64,000 bases of DNA from the human T2T-CHM13v2.0 reference genome, Homo sapiens: the NCBI RefSeq assembly GCF_009914755.1, contig NC_060926.1. One strand, written 5' to 3'. The notes beneath the pieces were generated by a model. That model saw only the letters and a program-made list of their open reading frames with translations. It did no database searches and was not told where the DNA came from. Positions 31,053-46,294 of this stretch are shown here, one piece after another (the first letter of the stretch is position 1; each line of letters begins with the position of its first letter). A program made the position numbers and the translations under genes.

Positions 31053-31371
31053 TATTGCATTGTGGATCAAGTTTTACACAGATTTAAAAATGGTTTGTCG
31101 GAGAACAGAGAACCTATCTTAGAACAATAAAGTTCAGTAGTTTTCCTGGAAGAAAAATGGGTTGAATCCTAATGAAGGTACCAGAGGCGAATATGTTCTA
31201 GGCTGAGATGGCACTAAGGTAAGACCCAGAGGTGTGAATGAACACTTTTATTTCTAAACTTAAACAATTCCTGGAATTGTCTTTTTTTGGAGAGTAGGTT
31301 TCAGCGGCGTGATGGGAGGTGTGGCTGATGAGGGTAACAGTGCATGTAATGGGCTTTCTATAATCTCCTAG

Positions 31372-31586
31372 CACTGGGATCTGCAGTCATGTTTTCTAAA
31401 GGGCCAGAGAGTAAATATTTTAGGCTTACAAGCCAAGAAACAGATCAAGGATATTGTGTAGGCAATTATATAATCACTTACAGTATAATGATTGTTTAAA
31501 GGTAAAAATGATTCTTAGCTTCCAGAGCTTAACAAAACAAGTGGTGAGTTAGATTTGGCCCATGGGTCATAATTTGCTAACTCCTG
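31372..31586. mobile_element. MER58-family hAT MITE within L2 remnants
   Basis: ttttctaaagggccagagagtaaatattttaggctt...gatttggcccatggg...tttgctaactcctg. Confidence 0.75.
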
Positions 31587-33744
31587 CTGCAAAAGGTTTT
31601 GAATTTTAGTCTATAGGCAGTCATTAAAAAGATTTTATTTAGCAGAAACATATGGTCAGAGGTGAATTTTGAAAAGATCAATCTGGTATCATCATGGGAA
31701 TAGAGGCAAAACTAGTGACTGTAACGAGTTTCTGCTAGCGAAGAAGTTGTTGAAGCAATCTAAGTGGATATGATAGTTATCAGAACTAAAAAAGTACATT
31801 GAGTAGAGCTTTGTATCTCCTTAGAGATGCCATACATCGAAGTGTGAAGAAAGAGTGGTTAATCAAGAATAACTTGCAGTTTCTTATGTATTTCTTATGT
31901 ATAAAATTGGGCATTACTCATGAAATGCCATTAAAAAAAAGCCCAGGAGGAGATGTAGGTAGAGATGATGGGTTATGACTTAAATATAACTAGTTATTTT
32001 TAAAGTCCATGAATAAACCAGATATGGAGATATATTTTCTGTAGTTATTCATTAGTATGTGTTTATGTTTTGGGGAGAGCTCTTATTGGTCATAAAGATG
32101 TGGAAGTCATTAATCTATTAACAATAACTGAAACCACAAGAATGACTGGCCTTACCAAATGTAAAGATGCAAACTGGAATTTAAGGAGTCCACATCTTTC
32201 CTACAATATTATTAGACATGTATGCTTGTATTCCAGAATTGCTTAATTCAGAATGTCCCTTTTTAGCTTACATGTAGTTCTCCCTGGTAGCAACTTTACG
32301 CTTTAATAGCATTGATTCTTAGATTTCCATTTGTTGCAATTACTTAGACAAGCCTTTTTGTGATTGATTTAAACCCTTACATTTAACATAATGCACCCAA
32401 AATTTGGTTAGTTGTCTGTAATCTTAATATGTCTACACCTTAGACTGATATTGATAATATGTCTCATTTTCACATATCTTTAATCTTTGACTTTCTGAAA
32501 AGGTATTTTAAACAAATGGCTCAAATCATGATACACAATTAGTTCCAGATTGCAAAGAATTGTCCCCAACTACATTCTAAAAATTATCATATGCTCTGTG
32601 TGACTGAGAATAGCAAAAGTCTGTTTTGACAGTAATGTTTCTCAGAAAGAAAAGACAAGAATGAGTCCAAAAGAATGTCTCACTTTAACAGTTTCTTATC
32701 ATGCCATATTACATAAGGCCTAGTACTGCTACTGAGCTAAATGGAGGTCCTATAAAATTAATTTTCTTGTATACACTTGTTCTTACAACAAATATTGATC
32801 AAGCAACTTCTGTATTAGTCTTACCAAATCTTCATATATAATTCCACAGGGTCAAGCTGATATTCTATATTAAGTTGTGGCCTGATTGGTTTGTTTTATT
32901 TTAGCCACATTTTGTAATGTGACCCTCACATCATCCTTGAAAAGAAGACAAAATACATAGAAATCTATAGTAAGTGGAAATCTATGGTATAGAAGTGATA
33001 AATGGCTACAGACCATGAAAATATTCCCCTTCACCCTGAGACTTGTGTATTGCACAGGTTGATAACTACTGGTCAATGATTCCTTCCTTGGCACTGAAGT
33101 ATGTTCTGGACTTTTTTAAAGATGAAGGTCAGACTGACTTACATGGAAGAAAATGAACCAAATGTTGTGTATTGGAAATAAACTCTAATTAGTTTCCAAA
33201 ATGTAATGTTTATAGACAAATGCAACTTCTAATTATAAAGTACTGGTTTTTTTTGGCAATCATTGGAACAATTATTTTCATTAACTGTTATTGAGTGGAA
33301 GACCACATAACATTAGAGCCATTAACTGGCACAATGCAAAATAGATTTGACTTTCCTTCTCAATGAAACCAGACATCTTGAGAGGGTTGAACTAACTAAA
33401 CAATTGTTTGAGGACTCCTGAGAAAGTAGTTTATAGTCAGGTAGAAGGTACATAGGGCCAGACTAGTATAAGAAATTTGTTTTATTAATACTAAGCATAT
33501 TGGCCTACTAAATTTCTATAGTAAAAATATTTATGTGTAAAAATAGGAATAATCATGTAGTGTAAGGAATGATGTTTCAGCATCATTCCTTCAAATCCTT
33601 CCAGATCTTCAAATCTTCTGTTTTGAGTATCCATCATTTACTGGGCTTCGCCAATATTAAGATTTGTCTCTTTGTGTTTGAAACATTGGTATTTGACATT
33701 TATTTCCTCCTTTCTGTCTAAGTAACTAGTGCTTATAACTAATA

Positions 33745-34010
33745 GGCACTAGGCCTAATATCTGGGTGATGAAATAATCTGTACAACAAACATGCATGAC
33801 ATGAGTATATCTATATAACAAACCTGTCCTTTCTGCCCTCTTCAGTGGGTCCTTTCTTATTTCTGTGCTACATCCAGGTGCTATAATTTCTCACCTACTT
33901 TTGATAGGTCTTGTGAAGGTATTTTCATGTATGTATAGTTGTTCAAATTGATGTTTCTGTGGGGGTACTAGCAGTGGAATGTCCTATTCTTCCATCTTGC
34001 TGATGCCTGA
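33745..34010. mobile_element. L1PA-type 3' UTR fragment (+, about 33745-33826) joined to an L1M-type 5'-end fragment (-, about 33845-34010)
   Basis: ctgggtgatgaaataatctgtacaacaaac is L1 3' UTR. The reverse complement of the second part reads catcagcaagatggaagaatagga...cagaaacatcaatttgaacaactat. Confidence 0.55.
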
Positions 34011-34360
34011 TCTCTCTTTTCTCTTAAACCTGGACATACAGTATTTAGAAGCTGGAGATGAATGGATACTGCTTCCTGAATGACCCATACAGATTATGAC
34101 TTGACTAAGAAATACCATTATTGGTTAAGCCATTGACATTAGGGGATGCTTATTTCAGCATTTGCCATTATTTGCTCAGACAAACCCAACTTTTCACTTG
34201 CCATTATTAGAGTAGAAATTGAGTAACTGTCATGCTTATTTGCAGACATGTATCAGATTTACCTGGACACTTTTGAAGAGAATGAACATCTAGCCCAGTC
34301 CAATTAGGTTGATGGTGAATGCATAATGGGCATGTGTGTGTCTCAAAAAACTTACATATA

Positions 34361-35185
<825 letters not shown>

Positions 35186-35946
35186 ATAATTCTGATCCTT
35201 ATTTATGGTCCGGAATTTCTCTCTAAATTTCTTATCGTAGGAGTATATTATCCTTCATAAAGACCAGCTTAAATCAATCATTTCAAATTCATTATACATA
35301 TATTCACAGCTATCACTTGGTATTCTTATAATTTAAAATAATTATGATTGACTTATTCTACGTCAAAATTCTAGGTAGCATACTTCATGCATAGTCATTA
35401 TCAGAAGTAACTTCCAATAAATATTTTAGATAAAAGGAAAATCCAATCTAATATGGTCACCTGGCTCACCACTTTGCTGAAGGTTACTCAGTTTTCTAAG
35501 ATGCAATTTAGACTTATATATCTTACATTTACTTTTCATCTTAAAAATTTCTGCCAAATAATAATGAATAAATTTAGCCTACAAAGAAAGGCAGTTTTCT
35601 TAATCCCATATTTCATCTCAGAAACTGACTACATTTGTTGAGGACACAAAAAGACAAGGAAATATTGGGATGACAAGGCTACACAAAATATCTCTGATGA
35701 GTCAGTGGATCCAAAACATACCTACATAATACATAAAGATATAGCTGGAAAATCCCTTATGTTAACTGCAGGTTAAATCATCAAAGACATCCTTTATTAA
35801 TTTACTTTTTTATACATTCAAAATTCAAAAATATCTATCGTGTAACTCCTATTTTTCAGGTCTAGGATTTGCTAGTAGAACAATGACTATAGCGTCTTTC
35901 CTTTTTAATGAGATAGAGTTCACAATATGTTTGCCATCTGGTATCA

Positions 35947-36422
<476 letters not shown>

Positions 36423-38614
36423 CTAAAATGTAAACCCATACACTTGCATTTTGCTGCTGTTTATGCTATTCTTTATGTTTATTGTTCACAAATAATTTTT
36501 TAAAATCAGCACTAGAAAAGTAATAAAAATTTGGAAAAGAAGAGGAATAGTGACTATTGGTGTAGGTAGTTTGTTAAATGGCTCTAGTCTGATGGGTTGG
36601 AAGGCTGTGGAAAAAAGGCTCAATCAGAATCATTATTACAGTTTGTATGCAAAAGAAAAACAGGATGAAATCAAGAAGAACATTTTATATTTTTGTAAGT
36701 GTGTAGGTAATTTTTAATGAGTTGAAGTGTAGTTTTATGCAAAGATATATCAGAACTGAGTGTTTTGTATTGCTGAGTTGTATATGTCAAAGTCATCAGT
36801 AAAAACTTTTGATTTTGAAGTGTACGACAGAGGATAACAATTGTTAACCAAGGCCTTTAGACAGTCACATACACCCATGGGACATCACTAACAATGTGAT
36901 GGGTTTCTCACCAGGTTCTATGCAAAATCAGTAGGTATGTGTCACCTTATTATGGTAAGTAAAACTTGAGCAGTAATGACAATCTGCTTTCCTTATTTTG
37001 AGACTAGTCTAGATCACAGCCACTGACTCCACCTGATTTCTCTCATAGCTCTTGTCTCTGCCACTTTATTAAGCTGGAATGTGTGACGTCCTATGGCATA
37101 AGATTAAATGGTATAATTCATGTGGAAGCTCTGAAAGCTGTAGACTGCATATTAGTTATTGCACTGCATTATTCATGAACAAATGTGATGTTTCAGACCA
37201 AACAAGCTGGACAGTGGGTTGCTTGTTATTTTGTTGGCACTAAGAATGAATCTCTGCTTAGTATTTTTTTCCAAACGAGTTGCTTTAAGAGCCCATATTT
37301 GGGGAGTTAGAGATTATCCCTCCAGGGAAAACAAGTGTTCTATTTGAAAATCCTCTTGGGAAGTTAACACACTAACTAAGCTACCACCTATTTTCATTTT
37401 AGAATAAAATACTGTATTTTTCTTTCCCTTTGATAGCAAAATACTGAAGAATGTAAGATGCTATAGGACAAAATTCAGTAAGTTTGTGTAGCAGTGTAGA
37501 CTTTTCTAGAGAGAGAAAGAGTAGATGACTGCCCTTGGGCAGCAGGAAAAAATTAGTGTGAATGAGCCCTGGTCAGAGTCAGAAGAATCCTCTCTGCATC
37601 TTGGCCTTGCCACCAACTGCTTTTATAACCTCGGAGGCATCTACCTTTCATTCTAGATGTACACATTTTAATAGCAATATTGCCAAAGTTTGAAAATTCT
37701 AAGCAGTTTAGAATATATGAGAAAATTCTAAGGAGTATTTACCTCTGTGCAAATAATGTAATCATACACAGCTTTAAGGTCATTTATTTCCCTAAACTTG
37801 ACATTTCACATCTACTAGTTCTAATAGTATATGAATTTCCATTTTGTCTATTTTTTCTAATTTATTATTTATTCTAAATCATGAAGTAGAATTAAACCAG
37901 GCTAATTATTAACATGTTATTGCTTTATATTAAATATAATCGAACCTTCTTAAATAGCAAATACAAATTATTTTCCAGATAATTACATTTTTAAAAAGGA
38001 CTCAAATAAACCTTAGTAAATATTGCTTCCATGATTAGATGAAAATGAGTAAGAAACATACAGATTAAGTGGCTTTAAAGAAAAATAAAAGAAGCACTAC
38101 AGGAAGAAGGCTTTTTGGTTTTAAAGTTTAAGATATGGATAATACTAGATTTATTCTAGTTAGCATGTGCTTTTCACATTAAACGAAAAAAGCAAAACTA
38201 AAATTTTTACAAAGAATTTTTTTCACAGGCATTTTTTAGGTTTATCTCTGATGTTTTGATTAGATTGATTTGATTGAGAAAAAATTATGTTTTACAGTAA
38301 TCTTTTTCAGAAGAAATTCAGCTTTACTTTACATGTGTTATTTCTTCTTTAAGCCATCTCTCTGTCCTCTTCCTTAAGCCACTTTCTTATGTTTCACTGT
38401 TTCCTGTTATACCTCATTGGGTTCTGATTATAAGGCAAAGGTCAAGCAGTCAAAGGGAGGAATTCAAATTTTAGATTTGCTTTTTTTGTGCATCATTTAC
38501 TACCATGTTCACTCATCCCACAGAATGTACAGTGTTTAAGGTCTTGTGTTACGGCTTTTCCAGTTTTATCAGGGCATAATTGACAAACATTATATCCGTT
38601 TAAAGTATACTCTT

Positions 38615-38918
38615 GGTTGGATGCAGTGGCTCACGCCTGTAATCCCAACACTTTGGGAGGCCAAGGCAGGCGGATCACGAGGTCAGGAATTCAAGACTAG
38701 CTTGGCCAACTTGGTGAAACACTGTCTCTACTAAAAATACAAACATTATCTGGGCATAGTGGTGCGCACCTGTAATCCCAGCTACTCAGGAGGCTGAGGC
38801 AGGAGAATCACTTGAAGCCAGGAGTCAGAGAGATTGCAGTGAGCCAAGATCGTGCTACTGGACTCCAGCCTGGGCGACAAGAGTGAAACTCCATCTCAAA
38901 AAAATAAATAAGTAAATA
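38615..38918 (+). mobile_element. AluS (Sg-like)
   Basis: ggatcacgaggtcagg diagnostic. TSD gtatactctt/gtgtactctt. Confidence 0.92.
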
Positions 38919-39748
38919 ATGTGTACTCTTTGTTTGTTGTTACTAATTTTGGTTGCCTAAATTATGTTAAACCTATGTGAATATAACCTCTGGGCCTATA
39001 AGACTCCTTTTAGGTACTGAATTCAGCACCATAGCATGCATTGAATACCGTGAGAAAAGAGACTTTCCTGTGTATATGCACCAATGGTCTTAGTTTCTGA
39101 AAGAACCTCCACAAATTCTTGCACACATGACAGACATTTCTGCTACTGACCACGTATTCAGGTCATTGTGCTAATCCTTCTCTTATACTTTATAATTTGA
39201 TATCTTGCTTTTGGACGTTTGAGTCTGCTCAACAGTGATCACCTTTCTGTTCACCCGCTATATCTCCTTGTGTTTCAGTGATCCAGAAGCCAATCTGAGC
39301 CTGAATCTACTTCTCACAGGCTGTGCTATAGCTAGGCATCCATTGTTGTCACTACAAAAAACAAGACCTGAGGAAGCAAGACTTCAGCATGTACTTTAAG
39401 TAATAATTTTGAATCCATGTCAAATGGATTCTAAATATAGCATGGTACACTTAAGACAGTTAATAATAACATATATTTATTAAATTACTGCCCAGGCATG
39501 ATAATCAGTACATTTTATACATCTTACCACTTACTTTACATGGCAATATTAAAATACTTACTTAAAATTAGGAAACTGAGACATAAAAAGATTAAATAAC
39601 CTTGCCCAACCATCTAGCAGTGTCATAGAACTGGTAAATAAAATGTTTAGATCAATCATAATGATTAATTCTGACACCTAAGTCTACGCTCTGGTCCTTT
39701 AAATATATAGATATACATAGACCTATAAATATAGATATAAAGAGAATT

Positions 39749-40764
39749 TAGCAGAATGATTTATAATCCTTTGGGTATATACCCAGTAATGGGATGGCTG
39801 GGTCAAATGGTATTCCTAGTTCTAGATCCCTGAGGAATTGCCACACTGTCTTCCACAATGGTTGAACTAGTTTACAGTCCCACCAACAGTGTAAAAGTGT
39901 TCCTATTTCTCCACATCCTCTCCAGCACCTGTTGTTTCCTGACTTTTTAATGATCACCATTCTAGCTGGTGTGAGATAGTATCTCATTGTGGTTTTGATT
40001 TGCATTTCTCTGATGGCCAGTGATGATGAGCATTTTTTCATGTGTCTGTTGGCTGCATAAATGTCTTCTTTTGAGAATTGTCTGTTGATATCCTTCACCC
40101 ACTTTTTGATGGTGTTTTTTTTTTTCTTATAAATTTGTTTGAATTCTTTGTAGATTCTGGATATTATTCCTTTGTCAGATGAGTAGATTGCAAAAATTTT
40201 CTCCCATTCTGTAGGTTGCCTGTTCACTCTGATGGTAGTTTCCTTTGCACACGTATGTTTACTGCAGCACTATTCACAATAGCAAAGACTTGGAACCAAC
40301 CCGAATGTCCATCAATAATAGACTGGATTAAGAAAATGTGGCACATATACACCATGGAATACTATGCAGCCATAAAAAATGATGAGTTCATGTCTTTTGT
40401 AGGGACACGGATGAAGCTGGAAACCATCATTCTCGGCAAACTTTCACAAGGACTAAAAACCAAACACCACATGTTCTCACTCATAGGTGGGAATTGAACA
40501 ATGAGAACACTTGGACACAGGAAGGGGAACATCACACACCGGGGCCTGTTGTGGGGTGGGTGGAGTGGGGGAGGGATAGCATTAGGAGATATACCTAACG
40601 TGAATGATGAGTTAATGGGTGCAGCACACCAACATGGCACATGTATACATATGTAGCAAACCTGCCTGTTGTGCACATGTACCCTAGAACTTAAAATATA
40701 ATAAAAAAAAATTTTTTTTTAAATGTTAACTAATGGGCTATCAACAAAATAAAAAATAAAAAAA
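39749..40764 (+). mobile_element. L1PA (about PA3-5) insertion with a 5' inversion: 39749-40248 inverted, 40246-40711 sense, followed by a short extra tail
   Basis: The minus-strand 159-aa ORF2 piece (QPTEWEKIF...GIYPKDYKS) continues as the plus-strand [14 protein letters not shown]...GGN*. L1PA 3' UTR follows. Flanked by agaattta on both sides. Confidence 0.93.
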
Positions 40765-40829
40765 GAATTTAAGTACTTAAAGATATGGATGCTAATATAT
40801 AATTTTCATCAAACAAGTAATACTTCCTT

Positions 40830-41149
<320 letters not shown>

Positions 41150-41276
41150 TAATGTGAAAAATTTGTAAGATAAGAATGAGCTAAAAGAACATTAACAACA
41201 GAGGGCACTTTTGCAATGGCAGAGTAAAGTGCTCTAAAAATCCACTTGGCATAAGGACAAAGAAAATAGTGGCAAA

Positions 41277-41327
41277 CGCTCCAGCCTGGGCGACAGAGCG
41301 AGACTCCGTCTCAAAAAAAAAAAAAAA
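41277..41327 (+). mobile_element. Extremely 5'-truncated Alu (3' stub)
   Basis: cgctccagcctgggcgacagagcgagactccgtctc followed by A15. Confidence 0.9.
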
Positions 41328-41571
41328 CTCTATAATAAATTTATTAAATACTTGCAATTATCTGAGGAGTATTAATTTTTAAAAATGACTAGACCTATGT
41401 AAGAGCAGCTTGCTTTGTAACATTTTAATCTACCCTAACCCTATCACCTTCCTCCCAATTTTTCAGTAGCCTTGAAAACCAACAAACTCACAACTACAAT
41501 ATCTATGAAAACAAGCAGCCTGGGATCACTGGAGCCGGCAGGGTGGGTTTGGTTATCCCCAAAAGTCCTAT

Positions 41572-42840
41572 TGTGTCCGGAATTGGTGGGTTCTTGGTCT
41601 CACTGACTTCAAGAATGAAGCCACGTCACGGTGAGTGTTACAGCTCTTAAGGTGGTGCGTTTGGAGTTTGTTCCTCCTGATGTTAGGATGTGTTCAGAAT
41701 TTCTTCCTTCTGGTGGGTTCGTGGTCTCGCCAGCTCAGGAGTGAAACTGCAGACTTTCGTGGTGTTACGGCTCATAAAGGCAGTCTGGACCCAAAGAGTG
41801 AACAGCGGCAGGATTTATTGCAAAGAGTGAAAGAACAAACCTTCCACAGTGTGGAAGGGGATCCCAGCGGATTGCCACTGTTGGCTGGGGCAGTCTGCTT
41901 TTATTCTCTTATCTGGCCCCACCCACATCCTGCTGATTGGTAGAGCTGAGTGGTCTGTTTTGACAGGGCGCTGATTGGTGCGTTTACAATCCCTGAGCTA
42001 GACACAAAGGTTCTCCATGTCCCCACCAGATTAGCGGAGTCTCCACACAAAGTTTCTCCAAGTCCCCACCAGAGTAGCTAGATACAGAGTGTTGACTGGT
42101 GCATTCACAAACCCTGAGCTAGACACAGGGTGCTGATTGGTGTTTACAAACCTTGAACTAGATACAGAGTGCCGATTGGTGTATTTACAATCCCTTAGCT
42201 AGACATAAAGGTTCTCCACTTCCCCACCAGACTCAGGAGCCCAGCTGGCTTCACCCAGTGGATCCCGCATGGGGGCTGCAGGTGGAGCTGCCTGCCAGTC
42301 CCGCACCATGCGCCCACACTCCTCACCCCTTGGGTGGTCGATGGGACTGGGCACCATGGAACAAGAGGCAGGGCTCCTGGGGGAGGCTCGGGCTCACAGG
42401 AGCTGACGGGGGAGGGAGGGGGAGGCTCAGGCATGGCCGGCTGCAGGTCCCGAGCCCTGCCCCGCGGGAAGGCAGCTAAGGCCCGGCGAGAAATTGAGCA
42501 CAGCAGCTGCTGGCCCAGGTGCTAAGCCCCTCACTGCCCAAGGCCAGTGGGGCCGGCCGGCCGCTCCCAGCGGGGGGTCCGCCAAGCCCACGCCCACCCG
42601 GAACTCACGCTGGCCCACAAGCACCATGCGCAGCCCCGGTTCCTGCCTGCCCCTCTCCCTCCACACCTCCCCGCAAGCTGAGGGAGCTGGCTTCAGCCTT
42701 GGCCAGCCCAGAAAGGGGCTCCCACAGTGCAGCGGCAGGCTGAAGGGCTCCTCAAGTGCCACCAAAGTGGGAGCACAGGCAGAGGAGGTGCCGAGAGCGA
42801 GCAAGGACTGTGAGGACTGCCAGCACGCTGTCACCTCTCG
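41572..42840 (-). mobile_element. Solo LTR12 (LTR12C-like, ERV9)
   Basis: Termini tgtgtccggaattggtggg and cagcacgctgtcacctctc. 4-bp TSD ctat at 41568-41571 and 42841-42844. Tandem CCAAT-containing U3 repeats and a GC-rich U3. Confidence 0.95.
41870..42200 (-). promoter_or_regulatory. LTR12 promoter/enhancer core (NF-Y CCAAT boxes, TATA-like AATAAA), directing transcription leftward
   Basis: ATTGG at 41936, 41974, 42136 and 42175. Minus-strand AATAAA at 41905-41900. Activity is inferred from the family, not shown here. Confidence 0.6.
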
Positions 42841-43014
42841 CTATCACCAGAAACGTTTCACCCTTTGATATGACTGACAGCTAACTGAAAAGCTCAGTTC
42901 CCAGAGCTTGGCATTACTTGTGCTGATCCAGAATGAACTCTCTGCAAATAGCTTTATCCTGTGTGCATTTGTCAAAAAACAACCGCAGCAATAGTTTAAG
43001 ATTTACAGCTGCCA

Positions 43015-43309
<295 letters not shown>

Positions 43310-44657
43310 TTACAGCTGCCTGAAATGATAATACCAATTGAGTCTATGAAAGTCTACAATGTTAAAAGAAAATCTGCGGAATAAGATGTCCATAAAGGGT
43401 TTTGAAAAACACCGACATATTATTGAGAATCTATATGACCACACTCATGTCTAGGGCTGTGTGCATTTCCATGAAAAACTGAAGACGTTCCTAGTCTGTC
43501 ACCTCCAACTGACATTAAGTCTCTGCACAAGCAGAAAGTGAAGACTAAGAGATGTTAGTTGCCTGTTGAAGAATTAAAGAGGTACCATAGTACACACACA
43601 GACTGGGAAATTTGAGGAATAGCTGTGAAATCATGAAATGACCAAAAAGTTACCCAAGTGGAGATTTTAGTGGTTGCATAAAAGAACTCATTAAACTTTA
43701 CTTATTCATCTACTAAAGTCACTAAACGAACAAAAAGCAAGAAGAAACAAAATGGCAAAAGCAACAAAACTTGGGGAGCTGATTACGAGGATTGGCATAT
43801 GTTATTTAAAATGGCTACTTTAAACAAAAATGTATGAGAACTATGAAGAAACAGAGCAATATGGCCTATACAGGGGATACAGAGATGCAGGAAAGCTGTC
43901 ACTAACAACCATCTTTGAGGAGAACTAGACATTGGACTTATGAGACAAAGATTTTAGTGCCATTATTATAAATATGTTCAAAGAACTAAAGGAAACAGTG
44001 TCAACAGAATTATAGAATAGCGTGAGAATAACTCATCACATGAAGAATACTGATAAAGAGACAGAAATTATAAAAAGAGAACCAAGTAAAATTTTGGAGC
44101 TAAAAATTATGACAACTGAAATATAAAACAAAATGAAACAACAACAAAAACTCTAAAGAAGCCCTCATCGGCACATTTAAAATTGAAGAAGACAGATTTG
44201 TTTTTTAAAAAATACCTTGAATTTCAGTCTGAGGAACAGAAATCAAAAAGTGAAAAAAAATTAACATAGCTTCAGAGACTGTCAGACACTATAAAGCATA
44301 CCTGCATATGCAAAATAATTGTGTCAGAAGGAGAGAAAAGAGAGCGAGATAAGGGGATAAAGAAAGAATATTTGAAAAAAAAAGTCTGAAAACTTCCCAA
44401 ACGTGATGAAAGACAAACCTACACATCTAAGAAGCTAAATAAAATCCAAATAGGGTAATTCAAAGAGACTCACACTGAGACACATCATAATCAAACTGTG
44501 GAAATCTAAGGATAGAAAATATTGGTTTTCTGTTTCTTTGTTTTAGGTCCTGGCATTCCGGTTACTTTGTGTCAAAACACCAGCTGGACATATAACGCAC
44601 ACACAAAAAAACAGTATTTGTAAAAATAATCAGGAAAGGTCACTAAACAACTATTAA

Positions 44658-45049
<392 letters not shown>

Positions 45050-45253
45050 TCAAGAGTCCAATTTTCAACAAAAAATTGCAAGGCATACCAAGAGAGAAAA
45101 ATATGGCCATTTTCTCAATGAGGCAAATCCCTTAAGAACATAAATGCAAAATCACAACAAAATCAAGAAAATTGAATCTAGCAACTTATAAAAATTATCA
45201 TATACCGTGCCCTAATGTCCAGACCCGGCCTGTTTCTAAATTTTATATGAAAA

Positions 45254-46294
<1,041 letters not shown>

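Noticed and set aside
39748-40676. 159-aa, 93-aa and 104-aa ORFs
   Set aside because: They are L1 ORF2 C-terminal fragments and an antisense frame of the 3' UTR.
42195-42868. GC-rich overlapping ORFs resembling a CpG island
   Set aside because: They lie within the LTR12 U3 region, where high GC content explains the lack of stop codons.
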